From NCBI GenBank assembly GCA_027058735.1, contig JALURZ010000052.1, positions 1 to 37,877 on the forward strand: a stretch of 37,877 nt of DNA. The letters run 5' to 3'. The position numbers and the translations under genes are program-made. Under the pieces are notes generated by a model, which was not told the DNA's origin, made no database searches, and saw only the letters and a list, made by a program, of their open reading frames with translations. Shown piece by piece: positions 36,482-37,877 of this stretch. Numbering within the stretch: the first letter of the stretch is position 1; each line of letters begins with the position of its first letter. Source of the DNA: Hyphomicrobiales bacterium. Its GTDB lineage: Bacteria > Pseudomonadota > Alphaproteobacteria > Rhizobiales > JALURZ01.

Positions 36482-37636
36482 ATGCGCATTGCGGTCATTC
36501 TTGCAGCGGCGGGACGCGGCAGCCGCGCCGGCGGCGGCGCGCCCAAGCAGTACCGGCGGATCACGCAGCGCACGGTTCTGGGCGAAACCATCGCCCGGTT
36601 CCACGGCCGCCGCGATATCGAAACGGTGCAATGTGTCATTCATCAAAGGGACCACGGGGCGTTTGGCGAGGTTGCGGCGCAATTTCCCGGGCTCGCGGAC
36701 CCCGTCAATGGCGGAGACACCCGGCAGGACTCGGTGCTCCGCGGCCTTGATGCGCTGGCGGGCCGCGGCCTCACCCATGTCCTCATTCATGATGCCGCGC
36801 GCCCGTTCGTGGACGGGGATGTCATCGACCGGGTCATCACGGGGCTGCGCGACAATGAAGGCGTCATCCCTGCCCTGCCGCTCGCCGATACGCTCAAACG
36901 GTGCGAACAGGGGCGCATCCGCGAGACCGTGGAGCGGACCGGCCTGTGGGCGGCGCAGACGCCGCAGGGATTTGCCTTTCAATCCATCCACAAGGCCCAT
37001 CGCGATGCTGCGCGCGGGAATAAAACCGGCTTCACGGACGATGCCGCCATTGGCGAATGGGCGGGCATGACAATCGCCATCGTGGAGGGATCGCCGGACA
37101 ACACCAAAATCACGACGGCGCGCGATCTGGAGCGCGCCCGCGTCCGGTCCGCGTTGCCCGATGTGAGAACCGGCCACGGCTGTGACGTTCACCGGTTCGC
37201 GCCCGACCGTCCCCTTGTCCTGTGCGGGGTGGCGATCGCCGGTGCCCCGGGCCTGGCGGGGCATTCGGACGCGGATGTGGGTCTGCATGCCTTGTGCGAT
37301 GCGCTTCTTGGCGCGCTTTGCGATGGTGATATCGGTGTTCACTTCCCCGCCGGTGAAGCGGCATGGAAAGACGCGGACTCCGCGCTGTTGCTGAGCGCGG
37401 TGGCCAAACGCGTGGCGGCGCGGCGCGGGCGCATCACCCATGTCGATATCACTCTCATTTGCGAAGCGCCCAAAATCGGACCCCACCGCCGGTCCATGCG
37501 CGAGCGCGTTGCCGCGATCCTCGAACTCGAAATTGACCGGGTCAGCATCAAGGCGACCACGACCGAGGGGCTGGGATTTGCCGGCCGTGGCGAAGGCATC
37601 GCCGCGCAGGCGAGCGCGACGATCATTTTCGGCTGA
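36482..37636 (+). CDS. ispDF: Bifunctional 2-C-methyl-D-erythritol 4-phosphate cytidylyltransferase / MEcPP synthase
   Basis: IspD N-terminus MRIAVILAAAGRGSRAG..PKQY and IspF half GHGCDVHRF...GHSDADVGLHALCDALLGA...DIT fused in one frame. ATG 36482 is preferred over the ORF-track start at 36455. Confidence 0.92.
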   Translation: MRIAVILAAAGRGSRAGGGAPKQYRRITQRTVLGETIARFHGRRDIETVQCVIHQRDHGAFGEVAAQFPGLADPVNGGDTRQDSVLRGLDALAGRGLTHVLIHDAARPFVDGDVIDRVITGLRDNEGVIPALPLADTLKRCEQGRIRETVERTGLWAAQTPQGFAFQSIHKAHRDAARGNKTGFTDDAAIGEWAGMTIAIVEGSPDNTKITTARDLERARVRSALPDVRTGHGCDVHRFAPDRPLVLCGVAIAGAPGLAGHSDADVGLHALCDALLGALCDGDIGVHFPAGEAAWKDADSALLLSAVAKRVAARRGRITHVDITLICEAPKIGPHRRSMRERVAAILELEIDRVSIKATTTEGLGFAGRGEGIAAQASATIIFG

Positions 37637-37644
37637 GGGCGGAT

Positions 37645-37877
37645 ATGGATGATGTCTTGATTCAACGCGCGGCGGACCTGATGGCGATATGCCGCGAAAC
37701 CGGCCTGCGGCTGGCCACAGCTGAATCCTGCACAGGCGGACTGGTCGCTGCCTGTCTCACCGAAATCCCCGGCTCATCGGATGTTTTCGAGCGCGGCTTT
37801 GTGACCTATTCCAATGCAGCGAAAATGGATCTTCTGGGGGTCTCGGCGCAGTTGCTTAAAACCCATGGGGCGGTGAG
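37645..37877 (+). CDS. CinA-family protein / nicotinamide-nucleotide amidohydrolase (PncC-like domain), 3' end outside the window
   Basis: This ORF is not in the track because it has no stop before the window end. My translation from ATG 37645 is MDDVLIQRAADLMAICRETGLRLATAESCTGGLVAACLTEIPGSSDVFERGFVTYSNAAKMDLLGV. The AESCTGG and F.GG.V.YSN motifs are diagnostic of the CinA C-terminal domain. Confidence 0.8.
   Translation, partial: MDDVLIQRAADLMAICRETGLRLATAESCTGGLVAACLTEIPGSSDVFERGFVTYSNAAKMDLLGVSAQLLKTHGAV

Noticed and set aside
1-37877. A search for CRISPR arrays, IS elements, rRNA genes, additional tRNAs and classic intrinsic terminators (GC hairpin plus U-run).
   Set aside because: No regularly spaced direct repeats, no transposase or integrase-like ORFs, and no further TPsiC-arm signatures (GGTTCGAATCC or its complement) were seen. 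Candidate hairpins after kbp, fadD, dat and the MBL gene all lack a proper U-tract, so none is reported as a terminator.

Overview
This is a GC-rich chromosomal segment whose gene order is typical of Alphaproteobacteria, specifically Rhizobiales/Hyphomicrobiales. I call 33 protein-coding genes (two cut by the window edges) and one tRNA-Ser(UGA). I saw no transposase, integrase, phage gene, CRISPR array or rRNA. About 14.6-37.9 kb is conserved housekeeping. It holds a tightly packed plus-strand operon (rlpA, D-Ala-D-Ala carboxypeptidase, tmk, holB, metG, tatD, MBL hydrolase) followed by mazG. A long minus-strand block follows: hflX-hfq-dat-trkH-trkA-ntrX-ntrY-ntrC-ntrB-dusB. The window ends with ispDF and a CinA-family gene. 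The left ~14 kb is more accessory and metabolic. It carries an AEC transporter, a family III CoA-transferase, a UbiH-like flavin hydroxylase and a PaaG-like crotonase. It also carries a DUF2182/DUF1326 pair, a secreted copper/TPQ amine oxidase, a Kbp (BON-LysM) homologue and an XRE-cupin regulator. The remaining genes there are tRNA-Ser, fadD, an orphan Cache-PAS histidine kinase and an orphan MmgE/PrpD protein. The best candidate for something undescribed is the cysteine/methionine-rich DUF2182 membrane protein plus the CxCx3CxC DUF1326 protein. This pair lies tail-to-tail with the copper amine oxidase and near a PuuR-architecture regulator, so I propose it is a copper-delivery or maturation module for the oxidase; this is inference only. 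Other observations are small: AT-only islands and perfect palindromes in intergenic regions, a C9 tract, a strong hairpin in a divergent promoter region, abutting or overlapping gene ends, and NtrX lacking the GAFTGA motif. Most of the window is ordinary core genome, and the many long antisense ORFs are high-GC shadow frames.
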